Shown here piece by piece: positions 25,101 to 35,014 of a DNA stretch of 64,000 bases. Positions within the stretch are counted from its first letter, which is position 1. The number at the start of each line of letters is the position of its first letter. Source of the stretch: Setoptus koraiensis (taxonomy: Eukaryota > Animalia > Arthropoda); NCBI GenBank assembly GCA_048013815.1, contig CM106586.1, positions 19,716,001 to 19,780,000 on the forward strand, read 5' to 3'. The notes beneath the pieces are model-generated. The model ran no database searches. It saw nothing but the letters and a program-made list of their open reading frames with translations, and was not told the origin of the DNA. The position numbers were made by a program, and so were the translations under genes.

Positions 25101-25746
25101 ATCTAAGCCGTCGTCCGTGCAACAATCTCACCTGCCCGCAGTCGCCAATCAGCAGCAAGCGTACATGTTGGCGCAACCGTACGGCATTCCCTCGGATTAT
25201 CTGCAAGTGTCCAGCCGGCAACAACAACAACAACAGCAGCAGCAGCAGCAGCCATTGACGCCCGCCAACAGTTTGAAGATTATGCAACAAATGTTGCTCG
25301 CCCAACAGGATATGGCCAATCAGCAACAGTTGCAACAGCAATACAACCAACAAGTGGCCCAATCGAAGCAGATGCAACAGCAGATCCAAAACTACAACGA
25401 CTACGCCAACCTGCAGCAGCAACAACAACAACAACAACAACCTGTTGGCGCACAACAAATATCCACCCTCATTGGCTACACTCAATACAATCAACCTACA
25501 GCGATGGTTCCTCAGCAACAACAGCAACAGCAGCAGCAACAACAAGACACCGGCTACTCACCTGTTGTGCAAAACGCCCAACAACAACAACAGCAACAGC
25601 AACAAATGCTCACCACCAATTTGCCCGTGCAGTTCTATTCGACCGGAAGCGGCAGCGTCAGCAGCAAGCCAATCGGCAGCGACCAACAACAACAGCAACC
25701 ACAATCCACCTACAATCCGCCAGTTATGCACAACAGCAACAGGTGA
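22139..25746 (+). CDS. Large secreted low-complexity (A/S/G/Q-rich) protein with a DM4/DM12-like cysteine module, 2 exons, about 1087-1148 aa
   Basis: ORFs 22139-24109 and 24190-25746 join through a phase-1 intron at 24087-24247 (CAG|GTGAGT ... CTAAT..CGCAG|GC). Hydrophobic signal ALLLSIGVIIACCVTIGA; the start could be ATG 22139 or 22322. CQQRLICE...Y...A...G...C..F..C at 24661-24966 fits the arthropod DM4/DM12 pattern as recalled. Confidence 0.8.
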
Positions 25747-27151
25747 ATCGACCGCTGACGTTCGTAGACACGCCGTGTTTGTAGATTAGCCGACCGCTGA
25801 AACTGGATCAAACGGTCTGGCGAGCGACCGTTTGGCCCCCGGCACCGTGGCAACACGCGCACACAAACAAACCAACAAACAAAAGTACACTCACTCCAAA
25901 CGAACCGGTGGGGCCCGCTCGAAGCGTTGTCGTCATCAATTGCATGCAATACATTATTCGCTACTTAGTTGAACATCCGGTGCAACATCCGCATTCAATG
26001 AGCCAATTCCAGTGCATGCTATGCCAAGACAAATAGTGTGCATTGACGAGTGACGCTGGCACGTTAGCGAAATCTTGTTGGGCCCCCCTGCGACAGCCAA
26101 CCATGTGATCAAATCGTTTTGGCCATGCTACCACAAAAGAATGATGCCATGCTAATTAATTTAATTAATTAACGCGTCTTCATTGTACAGTGCAACAGAC
26201 ACCAACAACTGCCACCATCGACTTGCATGAACCGACCGACTGACATATACATACATTTATATATAAATATATATTTTATTATTATTATAATTATTATTTT
26301 TATGACTACTATTAATATTATTATTTTATATATATCTATGACTATATATAGATAGGAGTCGCTGAGTAGTGGCAGTTACTGGCCAATGTTTATAAGCGAT
26401 CGACACGGAGGTGAGCCATTGAGTGAGCCAAACAGTCACACGGGGTGCCGCCTTCGTCGGTCGGCCGCTCGAGCAATTGAGCTCAACATTGATCTTGACC
26501 AAATTGTAGCTAAAACAAACTTCTATGTCCCCCTATGTGTGTCCAAAGATTTTAACAGAGATTTCAACAGCTAAAAAATCAATCATCAATTCTAAATAAA
26601 AGCAAATCATATCTATACAAAAATTGTATAGTGTACAAATATCGTGTCAACTTGATCGTCCAATCACTCGTTCCACAGTGACCCTTTCGAGAATCTCAAT
26701 TTGAGATATATCAGAGGCAGAGCTCAGTGAACCAATTGACAAGATTGCCAGCTGTCCGGTGTGTCCGTCAATGTCACACTATATTTTGTTTGGCATTACG
26801 TAAAATGTGACGACAAACAATCTGATCTATGCGGTCGCATCAACGAACCAATTAGCTGTTCTTGCAGCCACAATAACTTATTGTCATCAAGCACAATGGC
26901 ATTTGTCGCGCCATGAATATTGATGAGCAATCAACAATAATCGACAAATAACTACGTCAGCCATTGCACCTGTCAGAGGTTGCATAAATCCGATGTGTGT
27001 GCCAATCTGCATAACATGTCAGAATGCATGATTTATGAAATAAATAATAATAAACAGACAGATAATTTGCACGATTAACGCTACCTCTTTCATCATATCC
27101 GATTCGTGCCGTATCGGTGTTTGGGATCCTGTCGCATCATCATCAGACGAG

Positions 27152-27158
27152 TATAAAA
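27152..27158 (+). promoter_or_regulatory. TATA box of the small secreted peptide gene
   Basis: TATAAAA lies about 185 nt upstream of ATG 27339 and is followed by an A-rich UTR-like stretch. Confidence 0.5.
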
Positions 27159-27338
27159 ACAATGATCAATGTGCAAGTTCCAGCACACTAATCAAATCAA
27201 TTCACAAATCAATAGACAAGACAATACAATCGATCAAAAGACAATTAGCAAAAAGCTCGCCTAAGCAACAAATAAGCAATATCCTCATTTACAATACATC
27301 ATTTGTAATACTATACATACATAATAAACTGTGAAATC

Positions 27339-27788
27339 ATGAAGACATCAGCAGCAACCATTGTGTTGGTCTTGTCAATCAGTTTGGCCATGATTGTGAC
27401 ACCAACAATCGAGTGTACGTGCTCACTGGGTCTACTGCAGCAACTTGTCTCGTCGATATTCGGCCGTGGCGGAGCCCAGCAACAACAATTAGGCCAAAAC
27501 GGACAATCGGGCCAATATCCGTATCAGGGCATGAACGGCCTGAATGGCATGAACGGCCTGAATGGTTTGTTGAATGGTCAGCAGCAGCAGCAGGTGCCCC
27601 GATTGCCCTCAATGAACGGTCAGCAGCTGAGCAATGGACAACAAATGAACCAGTTGCCGGCCGGTGGCGGATTTTCGAATGGGGCCTCGGCTACCGGATT
27701 AGGGGGGCAATTGTCGGCGACCAACGGAGCCGCTCTGCCAGCTTTCGGCTCGTTGAATAACGGTGCCGCCACTGTGCCCGGCCTGTAA
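27339..27788 (+). CDS. Small secreted Q/N/G/L-rich protein, 149 aa, unknown function
   Basis: ATG in good context; signal peptide MKTSAATIVLVLSISLAMIVTPTIEC; MNGLNG repeats; upstream TATA. Confidence 0.8.
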   Translation: MKTSAATIVLVLSISLAMIVTPTIECTCSLGLLQQLVSSIFGRGGAQQQQLGQNGQSGQYPYQGMNGLNGMNGLNGLLNGQQQQQVPRLPSMNGQQLSNGQQMNQLPAGGGFSNGASATGLGGQLSATNGAALPAFGSLNNGAATVPGL

Positions 27789-28843
27789 TAACATCGACAA
27801 TAACAATAAGTTAGTTGTCGAGATTCGCCCAGAATGGTCAGTTGCTCACTTGTTATTTGTATACATTGTTGACATAGAGTGCTATATCGGATCGGATTTG
27901 CTTGGATCCAGCAAACGCAACGTCTACTCACACAATAAAACAGTTTACTCACAGTTTGCTACTCTTGCATAATTTGACTCCCACCCCATCATTATTCGGT
28001 TGACAACTGAGCCGCAATGTAGTCGCGCGACCATACCACACTAATTACAATTGCAATTACTAGTCATTCCTAATATAACTAGTCAGACGGGCAGCGCGCG
28101 GATACTACACTGGCTTGCCTTTTATGCGGCTTCGTTGCCTTGGTCCTATTACGTAAAACTATCCGGCTCTTGCGAACACAGCGTCTCGACGCATCCATTG
28201 CCCGTCGAGACACTATGTTTGTAACATGAGTTACTAATCAGAAATTGACTATTTTTTAGTGACCATCGATTATTCATATTTTCAGCCATTTTCACAACAA
28301 GTTGTCAGCGTACATGTGACCTATCTACGGATCTGGAAGAACGGCTTCTGGCGCACTAATTGCGCAAAGTAATCTTGATATCTTCAGTTAGAATTCTCGT
28401 CTATTTTGCGCACATTACTGCGCCAGATTGAAGCTCGCACAAAACACTTGTTAACGTCGTACGTCGCATCTACACCCACATACAGCCATACCAAAAAGGT
28501 GTACAGTTGTCGTGATGAAGCCACGCAATATACAACAAAATACTTGAAAAAAATATATACAAATATGAAGTATAAATACATTATCATGTTATGCCACTCC
28601 TCAATGATACATTGCCGCATCTCCTAATATTATTGCTAGCCATTTGTTACATCCACTCCTCCTAGCCCAAGTCCCGTCGTAATTCACGTTATCGTTATTG
28701 CCGGTGGTACACGGTCACAAGGACATCTTATCGGCCCATCGTAACTGAGATAAGATGATACTTTGTTTTGTCCAATCGCCTTATTAATTTACACTTGCGG
28801 CACAAACAACAGCAACAGTCTACTACTATCTAGAGTGGAAAGG

Positions 28844-29713
28844 ATGGCCTCACCGAAGCCAGGAGGTTTTGAAAATTTCGATTGGACGGCCTATTTTGGA
28901 TCGTTCGAAAGAAGAAAAGCGCGACCAGTGGACGAGAAAGCCTTGGATTTGAGCTCACTGCAGCCGTATATCGATGAGAAAATAGTTAAGCATTTTCTCG
29001 AGGAAGGAAAAGAGTTGCTGGCCAGAGTGAAGCAGGACGGATATGTTCGTGTCACGGGGTTGACGGCGGACAAATCGCTCAAGGCTCTCTACTATGACAA
29101 CGAGGACGAACCCCAAACTGGAAACGCGGCCCACCATAGAAAATGCGTGGCTGCCTGCGCCTACTGGGCAATGACTAGAAAATACACTAGTCAAACTATA
29201 AGGGATAATTCCAAATATGTCATCGGATTGCCGCCTGTGGTTTACATGGACGCACAAATAAAGAACTCTCTGGCCAGTCATTATGGCCTGCCCTGGTCCA
29301 CTGATCTGTACTATGTAATGAATTCCGGTTTAGAGTACATGATCCAGGAGTTTCCTTTGCAAACAACGGCTCTGTTGGCCTGGCGAGTATACCGGGGCGA
29401 ATACAAACTGGATAATAGTGAGAGAGGATTCTCCAGAGAGATGCGCCTCGTCATTGATTATCATTTTTCGCGAGCCAAGGCATTGAATCAGTCGAGACAG
29501 GAATACTTCAACAATCTGAAAGATCAAATCAAGGAATATATTGTCTATTTAGCCAAGGTACCACTTGTTCCGGAAATAAGTCCCGAGAAAACTTCCGATA
29601 AGACTTCCGAAAAATCTCGTGACAAAAGCCAACAAAGAGCGAGGACATATAAACCCATTCCAAGGCGATCCTCAAACCTGGAGGATTTGTTGTGTTGTTG
29701 TATATGTATGTAA
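28844..29713 (+). CDS. Intact ORF (289 aa from ATG 28844) resembling a bunyavirus (emaravirus/orthobunyavirus-type) nucleocapsid; candidate endogenous viral element with a C-terminal CCCICM
   Basis: NSLASHYGLPWSTDLYYVMNSGLEYMIQEFPLQTTALLAWRVYR reproduces the spacing of the NxLA ... GxE-x6-P block described for emaravirus N. GNAAHHRKCVAACAYW sits where the first N-x-x-S-x-N-x3-A motif is expected. No introns; AATAAA near 29965. The comparison is from memory, not a search. Confidence 0.65.
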   Translation: MASPKPGGFENFDWTAYFGSFERRKARPVDEKALDLSSLQPYIDEKIVKHFLEEGKELLARVKQDGYVRVTGLTADKSLKALYYDNEDEPQTGNAAHHRKCVAACAYWAMTRKYTSQTIRDNSKYVIGLPPVVYMDAQIKNSLASHYGLPWSTDLYYVMNSGLEYMIQEFPLQTTALLAWRVYRGEYKLDNSERGFSREMRLVIDYHFSRAKALNQSRQEYFNNLKDQIKEYIVYLAKVPLVPEISPEKTSDKTSEKSRDKSQQRARTYKPIPRRSSNLEDLLCCCICM

Positions 29714-30422
29714 AATAGCCAGTGGAAAACAAATATCTCACAATTGTCTGTCAATTCCAACCAAGGGTGGTTCCGGGGATCGATCCTGAATCATGAATTG
29801 AATATTACCTTGTCCAATCTAACTGTCTCGTTGTCAGTTTAACTGAATTATTTAAATTAATAATGTTTTACCAAATATCTTGTCAAATATGCTTTCGCAA
29901 CTGAATTTTTAACACAAAAAACCTCACAAATGTTCTTTGATTACTGATGAAATAGAGCAGATAAAATAAAATAAACAACTCACCAGCTTTAAAAAATGAT
30001 CTCTAAATTAGTGCATGTTTGCCTGTGCGATTCATTCAGCGACGTGCGCATTATTTTGGAAATGCATGTTGATGAATCTGTGTAATTCAATCATAAATAA
30101 GGCAGTGGGCAGCCGCCCAACGGGCAAGAATTTTGCGGGCAGTTGTCATGCCGCACCGTGCACGCGCACACACCCACACAAATCCGCGCCGCGCACTACG
30201 CCTTATTTGAACCCGCACAGGCGCCAGTGACCTGACAAAATATAAAGTATTGCAAATTCTCCCGGCAACCTTTTAGTTGGCTAGCGCCAACTAAAACAAA
30301 GGAAGAGCCCAGTTTAGTGGGTTATTGTCCGGAACACGCACCACGCCCAATTTGGGTATTTTGGGTATTATTGGGTAGTGTATTGTGCCCTGATACTAGA
30401 ATGGGTATTCCGAAAGTGCGGA

Positions 30423-32070
30423 AATTCTTCGTTTGTTCGAGGGGCGTAGTTTGATGTTCGATGATCGACGTTCGGTGATCACTATTCGAACTTCGAAATT
30501 CAAAATTCGAAATTGTTGATCGCTGTTTCTGTTTCCTGTTCGGTGGGCGTAATTCAATGTTCTCACTCACTATCACTCATCAAAACAAAAACAGGTTGGG
30601 TGGCTGGGATCTCTTCCTTCCTTGGCATTTTTCCCCTCTCTCCGTCACTCTATTTCTCACTCTGTCTCACACTTTCTCTCTCTATTTCTGTCTATTTCTC
30701 ACTTCTATTCTTAAGGTGCTGGACCCGGAAGTTTCCGCACTTCCGGACTAACTTTTCCGGTCTATTGGGGTCAAGATGTACCCGTACCGGAAGTTTCATC
30801 AAGATCAGGGCGGGTCGCTATTCGCTACACTAACCGATCGCCGTTCATGATTCATATTCGCCGGATGTAGTTGGATGTAGGATAGTCGATGTTGGACGGT
30901 CACTAATACCTTCCAAAATATGTTTCGCCATGCCCAATCTACAACTTATGGACTTGAACTATAACAGTATCATCACCCTGCCAGCCTCTTTCACTGTGAT
31001 GCCAAAGCAGCGTTTTGTCTATCTCGATTGCAATCGGTTACATTCTCTCCCCAGAGATATCGGAAATCTAAGACCGTTAGAAGAGCTGCATTTGGTCTTC
31101 AACAAGATTAGCGAAATTCCCTATTCATTCAGGGAATCAGTAAATCTTAAAGTCCTGGACATGCGCTGCAACCCAAGATTCGAAATTGATGATCGTCATT
31201 TCTGTTTCATGTTCGATGGACAATGTTTTATGTTCGATAGTCGACGAATAGGTTGGGTAGCTGGGATCTCTTTCCACCTTGGCATTTTTCCCCTCTCTCC
31301 GTCACTCTATTTCTCACTCTTTCTCTCTCTATGTCTGTCTATTTCTCACTTCTATTCTAAAAGTGCTGGACATGCTCTGCAACCCAAAATTCGAAATTGA
31401 TGATCGCCGTTACGGTTTCGTGTTCACCGGACGAAGTTTAATATTCGATGGTCAAAATTCAGGGGACTATTCGAACTTCAGAATTCAAAATTCGAAATTG
31501 ATGATTGACGTTCCTGTTTGATGTTCGGTGGACGTAGTTTAATGTTCTCACTCAATATCTCTCGTCTAAAATAGGTTGGGTGGCTGGGATCTCTTTCACC
31601 CCTGGCATTTTTCCCCTCTCTATATCACCCTATTTCTCGCTTTGTGACTCCCGATCACTCTATTTCTCACTCTGTCTCACTCTTTCTCTCTCTATGTCTG
31701 TCTATTTCTCATTTCTATTCTTGAAGTGCCAGACATGCGCTGCAACCCTGAATTCGAAATTGATGATCGCCGTTTCTGTTTCGTGTTCGGTGGGCGTAGT
31801 TCAATGTTCTCACTCACTATCACTCGTCCGAAATAGGTTGAGTGGCTGGTATCTCTTCCTCCCATGGCATTTTTCCTCTCTCTCTCCATCACGCTATTTC
31901 TCACTCTGTCTCACACTTTCTCTCTCTATGTCTGTCTATTTCTCACTTCTATTCTTAAGGTGCTGGACATGCTCTGCAACCCTAAATTCGAAATTGATGA
32001 TCACTGTTTCTGTTTCATGTTCGGTGGGCGTAGTTTGATGTTCGATGATCGACGCCGAATAACAGAGACA
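30423..32070. repeat. About 4 dispersed-tandem copies of a 230-360 bp unit (AGGTTGGGTGGCTGGGATCTC + CT-rich tract + KVLDMxCNPKFEIDD-coding segment)
   Basis: The AGGTTG(G/A)GT(G/A)GCTGG motif recurs near 30593, 31250, 31572 and 31835. Each is followed by a CT-rich tract and GTGCTGGAC/TGCCAGAC near 30716, 31363, 31726 and 31960. Confidence 0.85.
30930..31250 (+). pseudogene. Leucine-rich-repeat gene fragment (about 4 LRRs)
   Basis: PNLQLMDLNYNSIITLP / FVYLDCNRLHSLPRDIGNL / RPLEELHLVFNKISEIP / VNLKVLDMRCNP follow LxxLxLxxNxLxxLP. There is an in-frame stop at 30831 upstream and the frame runs into repeat DNA downstream. Confidence 0.6.
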
Positions 32071-32144
32071 TGCTCAAATCAATTCTATTTTCATATTCAT
32101 TGAACACAATACATGATAGCATGTAATACTCGAAACATAGACTT

Positions 32145-32236
32145 GTCGAGATTTTGTACTGTCGAGATATTATACTGTCGAGATTTCATACGTCGAGATA
32201 CTGTACGTCGAGATTTTGTACGTCGAGCAAACGTCC
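32145..32236. repeat. Six 15-16-nt units GTCGAGATTTTGTAC(T) ending in GTCGAGCAAACGTCC; possible subterminal array of a foldback/Mutator-type element
   Basis: Units start at 32145, 32161, 32177, 32192, 32207 and 32222. The transposon origin is inference; no partner end was found. Confidence 0.6.
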
Positions 32237-32726
32237 CTGTCCCCTTTCAACTGAGTGGCTACGGGACAGTTGAAAGAGCATCACAAAAGTTTGCACCACA
32301 AAATGAGTGCATTTCATAGTCTCTCTCTCTCGGCCTTTGTCTGTCTTCTATTACTTTTTGTTTTCCTTTTGTCTCTTCCATTTTTCTATCTTTTTTGTTT
32401 GGCTTTGATGGGTGCTAGAAAAAGACTGATCAACGTGATTCGTTGATCAGTCTTTGCCTACAAAAAGAATCAGCCTACAAAAAAGATAGAAAAATGGAAG
32501 AGACAACAAGAGAACAAAAAGTAAAACAGTCCAGAGAAAAGCTGCAAGAAATATTGCCGAAGAAGAGGCCGGAAGAGAGACGATTCACCCCCTTCAAGTT
32601 AATCAATTGGCCGTGGCCTACATAGAGATGTTGGAGTCGATTATAAAAAGTAAAAAAGGAGTCGACGAGTTTATGGAAGAGATTGGCCCGAGAGGAAATA
32701 CGGAGTTGTTTTCAATGGATGTCAGT

Positions 32727-33060
32727 CTCAGTGTCGAAGTTCATAGAATTTGCAAACGAGATGGAACAAACACCGGAACTAGAGAGCTATGCGACAACCA
32801 ACATAATCAACGAGTGTTTGGATAGTTTTGAAGGCGTAGACGATGTGAGAGATATGAAGAAATTAGTTGAAGCACTGCAAGCATCATATTCTGTGTGTGA
32901 GAGCAAATTCATTTCAAAAAAATGTTTTACTTTTACAGTCGCAGGGTGCGTTTTTTTTGTCCACCCAAAACATTACGGAAGGACCATGGATTGCTTCCAT
33001 TAACTTCAGAGATATTTGGTGAGAGTATTTTAACATTGAGTATGCAAATAGAATGGAGAG
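32727..33060 (+). pseudogene. 3' portion of a paralog of the 33183-34259 orphan gene (frameshifted, lacking its 5' end)
   Basis: SVSKFIEFANEMEQTPELESYATTNIINECLDS...LVEALQASYSVC aligns to SVSKFIEFANEMEQSPELDSETTTKIIEECLNS...LVEALSEFHSVC. After a frameshift in the A7 run near 32916-32922 it continues MFYFYS...DHGLLPLTSEIFGESILT. Confidence 0.85.
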
Positions 33061-33182
33061 CAAAAACGAGACCCTTTGATGGCGAGAGCTCGAAAATGTT
33101 CAAGCCCTGTTTCTATTTATATCATATCATATGAATTATATGAATAAAAGCCTCATATCATGCACCAAGTGTCTCAGTGCGC

Positions 33183-34259
33183 TTAGTGAGATTTATGTTT
33201 CAGCTTGTCCAAACCTTTCTTGAGCCAGGCTGTTATTGAATGATGATCTTCCGGATCGTCTTCGTGCGATTTGTAATTGCATTGAAGATCAGGGTCGATG
33301 TCATTGAATTGATCAGCCAGTTCAAAGACCTTTGGCGCTGCATGCTCCTCAAATATCACCAAGTCTTCGTACATTTCTAATGGGAGTGTTGTCAAACGTG
33401 TACCACGACAATATTGAATAGTTTTGAGCCAGCGTCTGACTATTTGACTATTCTTCAATTTGTCATCGATAACATGGTTGGTGTCGCTGGCCCTGAAACC
33501 ATGGATAGCTAACCTCTCAATAGGATGGGTCGAGCTTTGCGCGTAACTATCTATCAATTTGCATGATCGCTTGAGATTCAAAAACTCTTCTCTCTCTCCG
33601 TCGGCGAGAATGTGATGGCTCGAACAGCCAGTCGCCAACGTTCTATCTTCAATGAGGCTCTCTGGTAGAGCAACTTTTGACGGATCGAAACACTCATAGA
33701 TCGTTTCACGGATAAGTTGATCATTCTCCACAACATCGAGGCTCTGTTTAACAGCCTCGTCTGATCGTTCTGCTTGCTCTAATTTTGTTTCAAGGTTTCT
33801 TTTGCAGGTTAAAACGACCTGACCGAATATGTTAAAAGTTAATCGGCGCAATCCATGTTCCTTTTTCTTATCTACGGGTACATAACTATATCTGCTCAGA
33901 CGATCGTAGTAAAAATATAACATTTTTGTGAGAGGCTCATCTCCACACACAGAGTGGAATTCGGACAACGCCTCAACCAGGTCTCTCAAAGCTCTCACGT
34001 CTGTCACGGCTCCTCGACTGTTCAAACACTCTTCGATTATTTTGGTTGTCGTCTCGCTGTCTAGTTCTGGTGATTGTTCCATCTCATTAGCAAATTCGAT
34101 GAATTTTGACACTGAGTCGAGAGATTTTACTCTGTCTATGCAAATTGTTTTCGATGATGTCCACAGTGTTCCCTCGCCATCCGCGGCTGAGCTGCCAGGC
34201 AGAAAACCACCGAAGACGCCGACGATCAGTAAAAAGTATGAAACTTGTTGTACCGACAT
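33183..34259 (-). CDS. Orphan secreted Cys-containing helical protein, 358 aa, intronless
   Basis: Signal peptide MSVQQVSYFLLIVGVFGGFLPGSSA; upstream TATAAAAA (34343-34336 on the minus strand); long uninterrupted non-repetitive ORF; no family recognised. Confidence 0.85.
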   Translation of the reverse strand: MSVQQVSYFLLIVGVFGGFLPGSSAADGEGTLWTSSKTICIDRVKSLDSVSKFIEFANEMEQSPELDSETTTKIIEECLNSRGAVTDVRALRDLVEALSEFHSVCGDEPLTKMLYFYYDRLSRYSYVPVDKKKEHGLRRLTFNIFGQVVLTCKRNLETKLEQAERSDEAVKQSLDVVENDQLIRETIYECFDPSKVALPESLIEDRTLATGCSSHHILADGEREEFLNLKRSCKLIDSYAQSSTHPIERLAIHGFRASDTNHVIDDKLKNSQIVRRWLKTIQYCRGTRLTTLPLEMYEDLVIFEEHAAPKVFELADQFNDIDPDLQCNYKSHEDDPEDHHSITAWLKKGLDKLKHKSH

Positions 34260-34867
34260 GTTAATCTGAATTTGTATCTAAGAATTAGTGAAAGACTCAC
34301 AACTTTTAGAATAATATTGCGGCTAATCTCATCCCTTTTTATAGCAGATAAAAAATGTTCACTTAAACAAACGACAAAGGAAAACTCTATTTTTAGATTG
34401 CGATATTATCACTCGATGAGCATGAGCATTATGAGAGGCAACATTCCAAATATTTTAGAAATTTTCAATCGGAAATGACGATTCTGTTTGGAACTATTGA
34501 AAATAGCTCTTGTTGAACAGTTTTCATCACTTGTGATACATGGAAACTCCACGAAAATGAAATGTTTCGGCCTCTATTCTGACTGAGTTGGAAATTTATC
34601 ACAATGATATTGTGATGAAATGTTGATATCGCAATCTAAGAACACAGTTTTTCCATGTGGTGAACATTTTTTATCTGCTATAAATAAGAATGAAATTGCC
34701 GGCCGTATTAAATTTATTCCAAAGGTTGTGTCTGAATTATCATCCATTTAAGTGGAATGAAAAGATCATTCAAACATAATCTTTGGAATATATAATCATG
34801 GAGTGACACTCATTTAATTTTTTCGACAATAGTCTTCTACAATTCTTCGATGCAAATTCAGCTTAGC

Positions 34868-35014
34868 ATGTCAGTACAACAAGTGTCATACTTTTACTGA
34901 TCGTTAGCGTCGGTTGCTTTCTGCCTGGCAGCTCAGCTGCGTAAGGTGAGGGAAAACTGTGGACATCATCGAAAAGAATTCGCATAGACAGAGTAAAATC
35001 TTTCGACTCAGTGT
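34868..35014 (+). pseudogene. 5' fragment (first ~50 codons, plus duplicated promoter from ~34626) of a paralog of the orphan gene, in inverted orientation
   Basis: ATGTCAGTACAACAAGTGTCATACTTT...CTGTGGACATCATCGAAAAGAATTCGCATAGACAGAGTAAAATCTTTCGACTCAGTG closely matches the gene's start but has a 1-nt deletion and a TAA. The promoter (GAACATTTTTTATCTGCTATAAA, GATATCGCAATCTAA) is mirrored at 34336-34406 versus 34626-34685. Confidence 0.9.

Noticed and set aside
28810-28835. TACTACT upstream of the viral-like ORF as a bunyavirus segment terminus
   Set aside because: It does not match the AGTAGTG(T/A)(T/A)CTCC-type terminal consensus beyond a short repeat and has no complementary partner downstream.
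30723-30835. CCGGAAGT/TTTCATCAAGATC segment resembling a transposon fragment
   Set aside because: Too short and without termini; it cannot be supported without a repeat library.
15891-32236. CRISPR-like interpretation of the periodic repeats
   Set aside because: The units are contiguous without unique spacers, there are no cas genes, and the context is eukaryotic.
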